64,000 nt of DNA from Callorhinchus milii (lineage: Eukaryota), in NCBI RefSeq assembly GCF_018977255.1, contig NW_024704742.1, forward strand, positions 71,116,001 to 71,180,000, written 5' to 3'. Every line of letters starts with the position of its first letter. Position 1 is the first letter of the stretch. The translations under genes were made by a program, and so were the position numbers. Below the pieces are notes generated by a model. It had not been told where the DNA came from. It saw only the letters and a program-made list of their open reading frames with translations, and did no database searches. Shown here piece after piece: positions 37,346 through 50,194 of this stretch.

Positions 37346-38842
37346 ACTGGTGCTCACTTCCCCACTGGAGCATTCTACTCTAATCCAATTCCCTACCCTT
37401 TATTAAGACCAAGTCTGTACCTCGCTAAACTTTAAGACAGAAATGGGTCTCCAATCTGAGACCAGCTGGAAGTTTGGGTCTTGGAAGTGCTGCCACTTTA
37501 AGAACAAAATGGTGGCAACGCCTCGGTCTGCCCGTGGCTGATGGAAGGAGACGCCAGCGGGGGATGGGTTGTAGGCCCTGCCAAGACGCTGTCACAGGCA
37601 AATCCTTAAATGCTACAACTGAGCAGCAGATGCTGGCGAAGGTTTAATTGACTTGTTAATTCAGCACGTAGAAGCCGTGATGAGCTCTGTCTGTGTCTCC
37701 TTGTCACCTGCCCTTTCTGTTCATTACACGCAGAGTGAGCACCTGGTGGGAGCCCTGGGACCGTGTTCTCCTCAGTGGGCTTCAGAGGAGCAGGGAGCAC
37801 GGTCATGCTGACTGGGGGAAGGGGGGAGGGGGAATGAAGAGTGCATCGGAGGAGGGATTGGGGATGGAGGGGATAGAGACAGAGATTCAACAACAAGAAC
37901 AAAATTACATTTGTATTGCGCCTTTCACGTCGTTGATGTTGTACAAGATACCAACATCAAAATCAATCCTTGTGTTTGTTGCAGCACCTATGAATAAAAT
38001 CAATCACTTACTCCATGACTGTTTGTGGGACACTGCTGTGCGTAAAATGGTTGTCGTGTTTCGCCCACCAACTACATAGTCCCTCCACTTTATATCCTGT
38101 GAAGCACTTTGAGCCGTCTCAATGACGTGCTCAGGTGCTATATCACATGCAAGGTTTATCATCATCATCATTATTAGTAGTATTAATAAGAATGCCTCAA
38201 ATCACTTCACAGGATTTACTGTAAAGTGTAGTGGCTGTGTGTCTTGTAGGCAAACACAGCAGGCCTGATAATCATTTATAATAATAATCCTCATATTTTA
38301 TACAGAGTGTGCAACGTCAAAACACCTCACTGGGAATTCACCAGATAATACTTATAATATTAATAATAATCTTTGCATTTGATAATTACATCTCATCATG
38401 CCATCAAAATCTCTCAAAACACTTCACAGCATTTGCTGTAAAGTGTAGTGACTGTGTATTTTGTAGGTGAACTCAGCAGCCAATTGGCACACAGCAAAGA
38501 CCCACGCACAGCCATGAAATGAGTGACCGATTTTATTTGGGGTTTTGTTAGCCAGGACAGCAGGAGAGAGAAATTCCCTTCTCTTCTTGACTAGCACTTT
38601 GAGCTCTTTAACATCCACCTGAACAGGGCACAGACAAGACCTCAATCCTGTCTGATAAGTCCCCAGATAAAATCAGTTACTCCCTTCACAGCTATTTGCG
38701 GGACATTGCTGTGGACAAAATGGCTGTCGCATTCATCTGTGCAGTCACTACACTTAGCAGCAATTCCCTGTAAGATGGGGAAACGTTTTGGCATTGTTAT
38801 AGAGGTCTGGCTGTCTCCTTGAGGATGGAGGAAGCGGTGGGC

Positions 38843-38870
38843 GGGGGGGGGGGGGGGGGGGGGGGGGGGG
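38843..38870. repeat. Poly-G run (28 nt)
   Basis: Direct inspection. Confidence 0.95.
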
Positions 38871-39256
38871 AGACAGGAGCTGTCACCTGTTTGATTTTCT
38901 TGTTGTAAGATAAGAGGCACTGATTTGAAAGACATTATAACCAGAGGCTTCCAAGGAAAGCACAGTATAGAGGATGGGCAGTCAATGCAATGGGGATGTG
39001 GTACAGGAAGCATTGTGTAGACTGTCTTCCTCTCAACCAACGACCCAGGCTGAGAGTTACAGATCTGTACCATTCTGAATAAACATTCACAAAGGAAGAA
39101 TATTAAAGATCCAGGAGAAAGAGCAGGGGATGGGATTAGAGTAGAGAGCTCCAGTGGGGGAGTAAACACCAGCACAAACACAATGGGGAAAAAGCAGAGT
39201 AATGGGATTAGAGTGATGTTTTGACACAGTAGCAAATACAAGGATTTATAGAGTCT

Positions 39257-39680
39257 AATAATAATAATAATCCTTACATTTGATATTTACTGAATTTACC
39301 ATCAGGTATAATGACTGAATTTTGTGGGAAAAGGCAGCAACCAATTTGCGCAAAGCAAGAACATATGAACAGCCATGAAGTTGATAACCAATTTTATTTG
39401 GGGGATTGTCAGCCAGTAGTCCAGGAGTGAGAAAATCCTTTCTCTTTTCCAATAGCACCATGAGACTTTTAACATCCACCTGAACAGGGTACAGACGGAG
39501 GCCCTTGGTTTAACATCTCATCCGAAGGACAACACTTCTGACAGAGCAGCGCTCCCCCCTTGCACTACACTGGGTTAGGTTTAGGGTTAGGACTGTGAGT
39601 TCAAAGCCCCAAAGTGGGGCTTGAACCCACAACCTTCTTACTCAGAGGCAAGAGTTCTACCAACTGAGCCACGCTCACAC
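39257..39680 (-). mobile_element. Deu-domain SINE, near full length
   Basis: Tail to head motifs (GGGGCTTGAACCCACAACCTTCTTACTCAGAGGCAAGAG). Confidence 0.85.
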
Positions 39681-40267
39681 ACGGTCAATTAAGAAGGTAT
39701 AGAGAAGGTTCACTAGTACAACATCTAGGAGATTATTGACGAAATCACTGGGAGAAACACCCTTCTCTTTTACAATAAAGTCACAGGATCGTCTTTAAGG
39801 TCTCATCTGAAGGACGGTACCTCACACGATGAGTGATCATCCCCAGCACTGCATTAAGGTGTCAGCCTGGACAGTTCCTGATGTGGCAGCTTGGACCCAA
39901 GAACCTCTGACCTAGAGGGAGAGTGCAAGCAACTGAGCCGGTCTCACACGCCCTCAATTCATGCCCTTCCTTCCAGTGGCACTTGGCTTAAGTTGTTTTT
40001 GGGTCCAGCAAAATTATTGGTTTGCAAGCCAAATTAGACCGTCGGAGCTTCAAAGAGAGGGATACGTCCAGGAAAGGAAGTCGTATCACAGGCGAGCGAG
40101 CTGGAGAGGATCCAGGGATCACAGACAGGAGACCACAACACAGGAAAGCTCAGGGTCCCAGTCTGGGAATTCCTCCTTCCCCTGGAACTAATCCCGGATA
40201 TGGAGAGCCTTTCTGTGGAAGGAATATGGAAATCTCACATGACGCTGGACCAAATACAATCTCAGGC

Positions 40268-40712
40268 TATCAGTTTGGCTCAGTCATTCAAGCGCTCTCA
40301 CCTCTGAGTCTTAAGGTTGTGGGATCAGGCTCCATATCGGGGACTCTGAGCTCACAGTCTAGCAGTCTGGCACTCCAGTGCAGTACTGAGGGGGAGCTCT
40401 GCATTGTCAGAGGTGCAGTCCTTCAGGTGAGACATTAAACTGAACTCCCGTTTGTGCCTGTTCAGGTGGATGTTAAAGATCCTGCGGGATTATCTGAAAA
40501 GAGAAAGGAGTTTCTCTCTAGCAGTGTCCTGAGAGGTAATCCCTTAGATAAATTTGGGCATTCATTTCATGGATATTTGCGGGACATTACAATGCGCAAA
40601 TTGGCTACTGCATTTGACTACAAATATACAGTCAGTGCACTTCACTGTAAATGTTGTGAAGCACTTTGAGATGTGATAAGGCCCTGGATCAAATGCAAAG
40701 ATTATTTATTAT
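40268..40712 (+). mobile_element. Deu-domain SINE, near full length
   Basis: TGGCTCAGTC...CTCTGAGTC head, CCAGTGCAGTACTGAGGGGGAG core, CAAATGCAAAGATTATT tail. Confidence 0.85.
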
Positions 40713-41229
40713 TAATTCTGCCTAAAGCAGAGACTCACTGGTGCAACTTTTTTTGTTTACAATAGAACCGCACTGACATTGTACAAGAGAGGTCGGGATG
40801 ACGAAGACCCTTTGAGATATTTTGACATTACATGTGCCACATAAAACACTGTGTCTGCCTGGCTCAATGGTAGCATTGTCGCATCTGAGTTAGAAGGTTT
40901 CGGGTTCAAGCCCCACATTGGGATTTGCAATCGCATAGCCTAAACTGATGCTACAATGCAGTGCTGGGGTGTGTGCTACATTGTCAGAGATGCTGTCTTT
41001 CGAATGAGACGTTAAATCGAGTTCCCGTCTGCCTATTCAGGTGGATGTTAAAGATCATATGGCACTATTCGAAAAGAGAAGGGAGTTTTTCCATGTATCC
41101 TGGCCAATTTCAGGACAGACACCACAAAGTATTTCAGAGGGGAATTAAGAACTGGAAACAGGGTTACCAGGAAGGGGGGAGGGGGTTGAGATTGCCCTTT
41201 AAAGCTCTAAACCTGCATCCTCTTGTTCT

Positions 41230-41520
41230 ACTGTCTTGTTGCTCCATGTCCCACGTCCTACCTACTTCACTATCGGCGGTTGGACCTTCAGGCTTTCTGT
41301 TCCCACTCTCTGGAACTCCATTCCGGAGACCCTCCACCTCGCCTCCTCTCTCACCTCCTTCATGCTGTGTCTCAAGACCTTCCTCTTTGATCGTGTCTTT
41401 CGTCATCCCACCTTGTCCTCCACCCCTCTTGACTCCAGCCCCCAGCTCGGGTGCAAATGTCTTGGGACATCCTCCCGATGTGAAATGCGCTGGATAAATA
41501 GCATTGTTGTTGTTCTTGTT
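41230..41520 (+). mobile_element. L2 3' fragment
   Basis: LLHVPRPTYFTIGGWTFRLSVPTLWNSIPETLHLASSLTSFMLCLKTFLFDR, plus tail. Confidence 0.88.
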
Positions 41521-43427
41521 AAAAGTGTTCATGATCGAGCCAGGCACTATAAATGTAAATGTTCGTGTCATCGTTGCTGTTATTGTCCGAGAAAATGACC
41601 ACGACTACAGAAAATTCCGGGGTGGAGACGGGTTGTTATTATTTTCTCTTTGTTTCCCAACAAAATAAAAGCAATTTTCACACGGACCAAGAGGCAGGCA
41701 AAAGAGAAGTGTTGTTAAAAATTGTTGACTCATTGTTGGCTAGAAAAACAGCAAGAAAAAAAATCAGAAAGAGAGAGAGAAACCGTCAATCCACTTTACA
41801 GTATATTCTTGGAAGCATTTTGAGACATCTCAATGACCAGATAAGGCGCTATATCAAATGCAAGGATTATTATTATTATATCTCCCATCTTTCCTGTACT
41901 CATCTGTTTTCCAAATAATTAAAAAATGAATTTGACAATTTCCTTCGATGAGAGTACTTCGACCACAAAATACAGTCAATTCACTTTACTTGGTGAAGCG
42001 CTTTGAGACGTCTCGAAGACTTGTTAAGGTGCGTTATCAAAAGCAAGGATTATTATAATTATTATTTACTACATCCAAATCCCCAACCCCATCTATCTCT
42101 GCACTCCCTCCCACCTCATTCCCCCATGCTCCCCCATGCACACAAACACACACACACTCACAACAATGAACTTGTGATGAAACATTTATAACCATTGTAC
42201 ATAGGCACTACATCAGAAAGTCTCGGAGATTTCCTGCTCGTTTGGTTCCCTCCAGCAAGTCAAGCCATTGGCGTATTTCCTTAACTCACAATCCCAGTCT
42301 TCATCAAAGACACGGATCGGGGCCCCAAAGGACTCGCACACAATATGACAATAACATGTCCAAAAATATGGCAAGGTCAGACTTTTTCTCTATCGCACTC
42401 TCTCTCTCTCTCTCTCTCTCCGCTTTTGTGTTCCGCTCTGCTTTCTGAGCGCTATCCAATTCCTGCTTCACTGCTAATGTATGAGAGTTTGACAGGCAAG
42501 AAAACCCATCTGAGGAAATTGTCAACTTCATTTTTTAACTACTTGGAAAACAGACGAGTACAGGAAAGATAGGGTTATATTAATAATACCACTACTAACA
42601 ATAATCCTTGCATTTGATGTAACGCCTTATCACCTCCTTGAGATGTCTCAAAGTGCTTCACAGAATGTTTTGTAAAGTGTGTATTTTGTTGCAAAATGTG
42701 GCAGCCAAGTGCACACAGCAAATTCCCACAAACAGTCGTGGATTGAGTGACCAACTTCTTTTTGAAGAGATTATTATCACCGGATAGCAATCTGCCAATC
42801 GACTAACAAATGGGTTCCTACTTACTGCTAGGTAAACAGAGGTAAGGTATGGAGTAAATGGTAACGTCCCATCTGTGCTTGTTCCAGTAGATGTTACACA
42901 CACGGCAAAATATCCCACAAACAGCCATGAAGTGAATGACCAAGTTTATTGTTGACCAGGACATCGAAGACAGAAACACGCTTCTCTTTTCTAATTGTGG
43001 CACAGATCTTTAAAGTCCACCTGAACAGGCAAAGCTGGGACCTCGGTTTAACATCTCAACTGAAGCATGGGGCCTCCCACAATGTAGTGCTCCCCATCAC
43101 TGCGCTGGAGTATCAGCATAGACTTTGAAGATCAAAGTCCCAATGTGGGGCTTAAATCACAACCTTCTGACTCAGAGATGAGAGTGCTACTGACTGACTC
43201 AGGCTGGTGCTTAAGATCCCGTGACTGTATCGGAAAAAGAGAAGGGAGTTTCTCTTGCTTGGTATCCTGGCCAACAATCTCCCAGATAAAAAATAGTCAT
43301 TCACTTCATGACTGTTTGCGGGATATCGCTGTGCGCAAATTGGCTGCCTCATTCACCTACAAAATATAGAGTCACTGCACAAATGAAGCGCTTTTAGACG
43401 TGATAAGGTGCTGTATCAAACATAAGG

Positions 43428-43735
43428 TGTCCCATAGCGTAGTAGTTAGTTCGATTCTCAGACAGGGCGAAATCTTAGTCAAGTTTCCTTACTCCACACA
43501 CCTCTGTTTACCTAGCAGTAAGTAGGAACCCGATTGTTAGTCGATTGGCGGATCATTTTCCACAGACAATTGGTCACTCAATCCATGACTGTTTGGGGGA
43601 CGTTGTTGTGTGCTATTGGCTTCCTCATTTCACCCACAGAATACACAGTCAATCCACTTCACAATTCAGTAAATCACTTTGAGACATCTCAACTATGTGA
43701 TAAGGTACTGTATTAGATGTAAGGATTATTATTAT
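43428..43735 (+). mobile_element. CORE-like SINE
   Basis: CAAGTTTCCTTACTCCACACACCTCTGTTTACCTAGCAGTAAGTAGGAACCC core. Confidence 0.88.
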
Positions 43736-44719
43736 AAATACAGAGTCGATGCGCTAGTAAAGTGCTTTGAGATGTAATAGAGCACTGTATGAAATATAAG
43801 TGTTATTATTATATAAGTCCACATCTTTTTAAAAAAATAATAAAATTAATTGAAGCTCCTCTCCCTCCATCTCCCCCAGCCTCCTGACTGTTATGTGCAA
43901 CACAGAGAAACTTCAAAGCTTAAGAAAATACGGCACAGGAAGAAGGGTGGTTTGTGTGATTTCCACAAGGGATGTGGGCACTGGCTGCTGGCACTTTGTT
44001 GCCCTTGGATGGTTTTTTATGGTCTGTGTATTTTTTGGATGTTGTTTGTCCGGCTTCCTGCTCCCCAGCCAGCAGCTGAGAACAAGGAGCAGCTTAGAAT
44101 AATCATAATTATAATATAAAAAATACTATTATGTCAGCCTGGCTCAGTCGGAAGCGCTCTCGTCTCGCTTTCAGAAGGTTGTGGGTTCAAACCCCCCCAC
44201 CCAACAATGGGACCTAGAACTCACATAGTCTAGGCTGACCCTCTAATGCAGTGCTGGGGAAGTTTACAGGCACCTTCCCCCTAGGTCCCATCTGTGCCTG
44301 TTCAAGTGGATGTGAAAGATCCCCTGGCATCATTGGAAAAGAGAAGGGAGTCTTTCTGTTCCGGTGTCCTGGCCAACAATCCCTAGGTAAAATTGGTTAT
44401 TCACTTCATGGCTGTTTGCAGGACATTGCTGTGCGCGAATTGGCTGCCGTGTTTCGCCCACAACATATACAAGTCTCACTCACTCCCACATGTTTTGATC
44501 GTCTGCATGTGACCCTCTGTGATCGGCTATCACTGAGGCAATAAAATTAGAATTAAGAGCACTACACTATCTACACTCATGCAGTGTGGGAGAACATCTC
44601 AAAGCACCTCACACAACTGGAGGAAGATAATAATAATAATAATCCTTGCATTTGATATAGCACCTTATCGTGTCATTCAGATGTCTCAAAGTGCTTCACA
44701 GAATATACTGTAAAGTGAA

Positions 44720-44881
44720 ATAAAAACAGAAGTTGCTGGGAATATTCAGCATGTCAGGTGGCATCTGTGGAGAGAAACGTGAATTAATGTTTCAGATCGA
44801 TGACCTTTCGTCAGAACTCTGACGAGTTCTGACAAAAGGTCAGACTTCCAGTACCTGCTGGAAAAGATTTTCATACTTTTG
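44720..44881 (-). mobile_element. Penelope-like element terminal-repeat remnant with inverted 5' piece; 16-bp TSD
   Basis: TSD TATACTGTAAAGTGAA at 44704-44719 and 44882-44897; internal 19-bp inverted repeat 44801-44819/44824-44842; carries a hammerhead core. Confidence 0.75.
44781..44819 (-). ncRNA. Minimal type I hammerhead ribozyme motif (probably degenerate)
   Basis: Minus strand GAGTT-CTGACGA-A-AGGTC-ATC-GATCT-GAAAC-ATT-AATTC: stem I GAGTT/AATTC, core CUGANGA, stem II AGGUC/GAUCU, GAAA, vestigial stem III. Confidence 0.72.
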
Positions 44882-45964
44882 TATACTGTAAAGTGAATTG
44901 ACTGTATATTTTGTGGGCGAAATGCAGCAGCTAAGTGTGTTCAGCAGTGTCCCACAAACAGCCGTGGATTGAGTGACCAAATTATTATTTTTTGAAGGAA
45001 TTATTACCCCCAGAAAGCGATTCACCAATCGACTAACAACCAAGTTGCTACTTACTGCTGGTTAAACGGGCATGTGGAGTAAGGAAACTTGCCTAAGGTT
45101 TTGCCCCGCCCAGGTCCTCTCGCTTACGAGGCGAATGCTCCAATCACTACGCTACAGGATACCACAAGATGAAGAGGGTGGGGAAAGGGGAAAGATGCCA
45201 AAAAGGGTAAGTTTTGAGGTGAGCTTTGAACATGGGGAGAAAGGGGGGGAAGAGGAACGAGCTGGAAGGACGTTGAGAGGGGTTTGAGAGTCAGGACGAT
45301 GATCTGAAGATTGATGCTCTGGGGGATACAAAGAGCCAGGAATAAAATCACTCGATTTCACTTTATAAACTGAGTCACAGTGGGAGCTCTGTACAAGAGA
45401 CGCCCAGATGTCCCCAGTCAGTCCCTATTGATGGACTGACACATAATTTGCCTGTGACAAGGAAACATTGGTCGCACAGCCTCAGGCAGTTGACAAAAGG
45501 CACTGCCTCATTAATTATGGTCTGCTGTAACAGATTAGGAGTTGAATAATGGAATTCTTGTGGAGGGTTTTTGTGGTGTAATACAGTTAATCTGCTCCTG
45601 GCCTGCGTCTCAGGGATTGTCAAAGGGACTCCTGGGGTTGACGTGACAACACGGGCGCACTCAACAGAAACTTCTTCCAGGCCAAAGGTTAATAGATGAT
45701 CATTTCAGAACCGCTCAATAACTGGGGGCCTTTCTCTCGGGATTTCTCTTGGGGCGGGGGGTAGGAGAGAGACACGTGCACACACACATACATTGAGAGA
45801 GAGAGAGTAATTCCCCTGTGAAGCAGTTTATGAAGTCACGGACTAGACGGCTTTTAGACAAGAGTAATTACAAACAAATTCAGTGATGATTAACTCTCCC
45901 AGCAGAGAAGATTATTCCGATTAAAATAACGTTGGACAGGAGCCACAGACTGCCATAGAACCAC

Positions 45965-46062
45965 TGACCTGGGGAGTGTAGAGGGAGCTTTACCCTGTCT
46001 CTAACCAATGATATCCCTGACCTGGGAGTGTGGGCAGACAGTGTAGAGGGAGCTTTATCTTT
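45965..46062. repeat. Dispersed minisatellite GTGTAGAGGGAGCTTTA...CTAACC...CTGACCTGGGAGTGT (also ~47920-48050)
   Basis: Unit recurs tandemly at two loci. Confidence 0.75.
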
Positions 46063-46519
46063 ACATGGAATAAATAATTGTTATTCATTATTTTATTTGC
46101 CTTGTCTTACGTGTATCAATCTGGCTCAATATCACTCTCTATTTGGGGTCAGATGATTTGGGGTTTAAACCCGTATCAGATATGTTGAGCTCACATTCCA
46201 GTCTGATGCTGCAGTGCAGTACTGGGGGAGCGCTCCATTCAATGAGACATTAATCCGAGGTCCAGTCTGCCGGTTCAGGTGGATGATAACGATCTCACGG
46301 CGCTATTCGAAAAGAGAAGGAAGTTTCTCTCTCCCATTGTCCTGCCCAACAACCCCCAAATAAAATTGGTCACTCCATGGCTGTTTGTGGCACATTGCTA
46401 TACACAAACTGGCTGCCAGATTTCACCTACAAAATATACAGTTAATCCACTTTACAGTACAAGCTTTTTTAAATGAGTCTCAGTGTCCTGGCCTTAACCA
46501 AACTTCCTGGTAACCGATA

Positions 46520-46875
46520 GAGTCCTATAGTGTAGTGGTTAGAGCATCTTCCTTGCAATTGAGAAGACCTGAGTTCGACTCACGGCAGGGCAAAACATAA
46601 GGCACGTTTATTTACTCCAGACACCTCTGTAGAGACCCGTTGTTAGTCAATTGATGGATCGTTTTTCCGGAGGTAATAATCCCTTCAAAACAAAATAAAT
46701 AAAATAACAATTTGGTCACTCAATCCGTTTGCGGGACACTGCTGTATGCAATTGGCTGTCATATTTTGCTCCCCAAAATATACAGTCAAATCGCTTTACA
46801 GTATATTTGTGAAGCATTTAAAATGTCTCGAAGACGTGATAAGGCACTATATCAAATGCAAGGATTACTATTATT
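46520..46875 (+). mobile_element. CORE-like SINE (extra tail copy to ~46950)
   Basis: GAGTCCTATAGTGTAGTGGTTAGAGCA head and family tail. Confidence 0.88.
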
Positions 46876-47454
46876 CTTACATCCTGTGAAGCGCTTTGAG
46901 ATGTGATAAAGGCATTATATCAAATGCTATTATTATTACTATTATTAATATTAATATGGTTATTAGGTTTCCCAGGTTTCTCCAGTCTAAAACCTGCCCG
47001 AGGAGCATTATTGTACAGTTGCCAATGCAAACCCTTGGTTGTAGGAACCTCCATGTTCCCCGTAGCTCTCCCAAGGACTCTCTTTGTCCGCACACACAGA
47101 CTGGGCAGACCACCCTAGTGATTACTCAGGAAGTCTCTTCATTGTTTACTCGGACTGGCACAGATCAGCCTTAAAGTTCTCCGGAACATACTGTAACCGA
47201 AGGAAATGACCTTTTCTTTAAATTAACTCGATGATATATATATATATTTGTACAGTTGGTCCCATCAGATTGAATTAGGGATAACTAGAGCTCTCTACTC
47301 TAATCCCATTCCTGTGATCTTTCCCCCATCGTGTCTGTGCTGGTGCTCGCTCCCCCACTGGAGCTCTCTACTCTAATCCCATATCATGCTCTCCGCATCG
47401 TGTCCGTGCTGGTGCTCGCTCCCCCGTTGGAATGCTGGATGTAGAGGGAGCTTT

Positions 47455-47905
47455 ATAAAATCACAGACATTTACAACACAGAAGGAGGCTCTGGTCCTAT
47501 CGAGTCTGCACCGGTCCTTAGAACAAGCTGTACATTCAATTCCACTGTCCCACCCTATCCACACCAAGCCTCTGTCCTTCATACACCAGTCTACATCTCT
47601 CTTGAAACTCACAATGGACTCTGTTTCTGCCACCTTACCATCTTCTGCCAGGGGGTTCCACGACCCAACAACTCTCTGAATCAAAATATATCTCCAAAGC
47701 TCTCCTTACACTCTTCTTGTCACTATCTTAAATCTGGCCTCTCGTCACTGATTCCTCTACCAGTGGAAATAGTTTTTCTCTCTTCACCCTGTCAAAACCC
47801 TTCATTATTGTGTACACCTCTATCAGGTCTCCTCTCAACCTTCTCTGCTGCAGGACAAATAGACCCAACATCTCCAATCTCTCCTCATAACTATAGCCCT
47901 TCATC
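47455..47905 (-). mobile_element. CR1 LINE 3' fragment
   Basis: QRVVGSWNPL...VAETESIVSFKRDVD (CR1 ORF2 end) and 3' UTR ...GCCTCCTTCTGTGTTGTAAATGTCTGTGATT. Confidence 0.88.
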
Positions 47906-48771
47906 TCTGGGATCTCACTCTGTATTTACTCTTTCTCTAACCCACGCTGTTGCTGACCTGGGAGTGTGTAGAGGGAGCTTTATTCTGTCTCTACTCTTTG
48001 GTGTCACTGAGCTGGAAATGTGGATGGACAGTGTAGAGGGAACTGTACTGTGTGATTATAAGTGTTTGAATACCTTTCCCTAACACCATATTATATTTTC
48101 CTTTTCTAAATTGCTTTTGGTGCATATGTGTGTGTGGGAGAGAGTGTTATATTCATGTGTACGTGTGCGTGTATTTGTTGTGTTACCTCTCTATGTGTTA
48201 TTTTATTGATGGTCTTAACTCAATGCTGTGCAGTCACCGACTCTGAAAATAAAATTTTCACCGACTCGGAAAATAATGTTTCTCTATTTAAGTTATTAAA
48301 AAAACAAATCTACCACAAAGTCCCCACGAACCTCATCGCCCAACCCCCACTTCCCCACTCCACCCCATTGCACGCACCTCTTCGCACCGCCCCCTCTCCC
48401 CTCGCAGAACGAACGTATATTTTGATCGCCAACTCAGTGAAGTGCATTTGCTCTGGGGACTGGGCATATCTGCTGAGGAAAAACAGAAGGGGCAACTATT
48501 CAAAGCACGCGTTCCCCTCAGAACAAAGTGATGGATCTCCCAGAGCTGAAACCCAATCCACCAACAGGATTACTAAAATGTGGAAATATCATAGCCCGCC
48601 ACAGCTGTGAGACCCCATCACCAGGTCCACAAAGCCAATCATGGAGCCCTGTCACCCCACTACACCAGACTAGACTCTCCCTCTCCCCCCTCCCTTTTGC
48701 TGATTCAACTGCACCATCTCGATCGCCACACTCCGCTCCCACACCCTCACTGGGTCAGAAGTCCCAGTTGT

Positions 48772-49076
48772 GGAGTTCCTTAGCACAGTAGTTAGAGCAC
48801 TCGACTCGCAAGCAAGAGGACCCGGGTTCGATTCCGAGGTAGGGCGAAACCTTAGGCAAGTTTCCTTACTCTGTTTACCTAGCAGTAAGTAGGAACACAG
48901 TTAATAGTCGATTGCCGGATTACTTTCCGGGGACAATAATCCCTTCCAAATATAATGACAATAATAATAATAATAATTTGTTCACTCAATCCATGACTTT
49001 TTATGGGATACTGGTGTGCGCAATTGGCTCTCACAAAATACACAGTCAATTCACTTTACAGTATATTCTGTGAAGC
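48772..49076 (+). mobile_element. CORE-like SINE, followed by an L2 fragment (~49077-49255, -)
   Basis: GGACCCGGGTTCGATTCCG B box; downstream minus-strand PILHRLHWFLITKQIDFKILSLVYK. Confidence 0.85.
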
Positions 49077-49610
49077 TGTGGAGGTGCCGGGTCGTGGCGT
49101 AGGGAATAAACGGGTCGGAGAGGGAGGGAGGTGCCAGGGCGTGAAAAGATTTGTAGACGAGTGAGAGAATCTTGAAGTCGATCTGTTTTGTGATAAGGAA
49201 CCAGTGGAGCCTGTGGAGGATTGGTGCAATAGGGCTGTGGAGTTTAGAGCGTAAACAATACAATACAAATTTACATTTATACACTGATTGGCTGAGGAGA
49301 GCGCCTTTCACATTGGGAGGATGTCCCTAGGCGCTCAGGATTTTGCCATAAAGTATAGTGACTATGTATTCTGTAGGTGAACGCAGCAGCCAATATGTGC
49401 GCAGCAACATCTCACAAACAGCCCCACAAATGGAAGAAATAGTAATCTACACTCTCTCCAGGATACTGATCGCTTTCATTTTGAATCAATTATATTCTGT
49501 AAAGTGCTTCGGGACGTTATGTTATGTGAAAACCATTTCACTGTAGCATATTATAACTAGAATTATGACAACATCAAGCTGTTTCTTCTGTGCCCGCATG
49601 GGGTCTTTAC

Positions 49611-49980
49611 AATAATAATAATCCTTGCATTTGATATTGCGCCTTATCATGCCTTCGAGACGTCTCAAAGCGCTTCACAGAATATACTGCAAAGTGAATT
49701 GACTGTATATTTTGTGAGCGAAACACGGCAGCTAATTGCGCACAGCAGTGTCCCACAAACAGTCGTGGATTGAGTGACCAAATTATTATTTATTTTTGAA
49801 GAGATTATTACCTCCAGAAAATGATCTGCCAATCGACTAACAACCGAGTTCCTTCTTTCTGCTGGGTAAACAGAGGCGTGTGGAGTAAGGAAATTTGCCT
49901 AAGGTTTCGCCTTGCCCGGGTTTCGAACCCGGGTCCTCTCGCTTGCGAGGCGAGTGCTCTAACCACTAAGCTACAGGACT
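49611..49980 (-). mobile_element. Full-length, near-consensus CORE-like tRNA(Ala)-derived SINE (best reference copy in window)
   Basis: Minus strand AGTCCTGTAGCTTAGTGGTTAGAGCACTCGCCTCGCAAGCGAGAGGACCCGGGTTCGAAACCCGGGC: A and B boxes, CGC anticodon-like loop, CpGs retained. Confidence 0.95.
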
Positions 49981-50194
49981 ACAAGGCAGAGAAAACCTGA
50001 GAAATACTGGGGAAGTAAGGGGAAGGGGATAGGGGTATGGAGGAAAGCCAGGGAAATTGGTTGAAAAGTATGTCACTATCTGTTAAACTGGCAGGGCAGA
50101 ATGCATGGGCTGAATGGCCTCCTACGGTGTTCCTTGTAGGGTGAATACTGGGTGAATATTGTACTGTGTTATGTGTTAACAATAACACAGTCAA

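Larger units (their letters stand above)
44628..45160 (-). mobile_element. CORE-like SINE hosting a Penelope-like insert
   Basis: SINE sequence is contiguous once 44720-44897 is removed. Confidence 0.9.

Noticed and set aside
45377..45410. CACAGTG heptamers as V(D)J recombination signals
   Set aside because: No correctly spaced ACAAAAACC nonamer at the heptamers I checked, and no Ig/TCR segments seen.
49905..49980. tRNA-Ala(CGC)-like sequence, with many similar copies
   Set aside because: These are SINE heads: no proper acceptor stem or terminator, and always followed by the SINE body.
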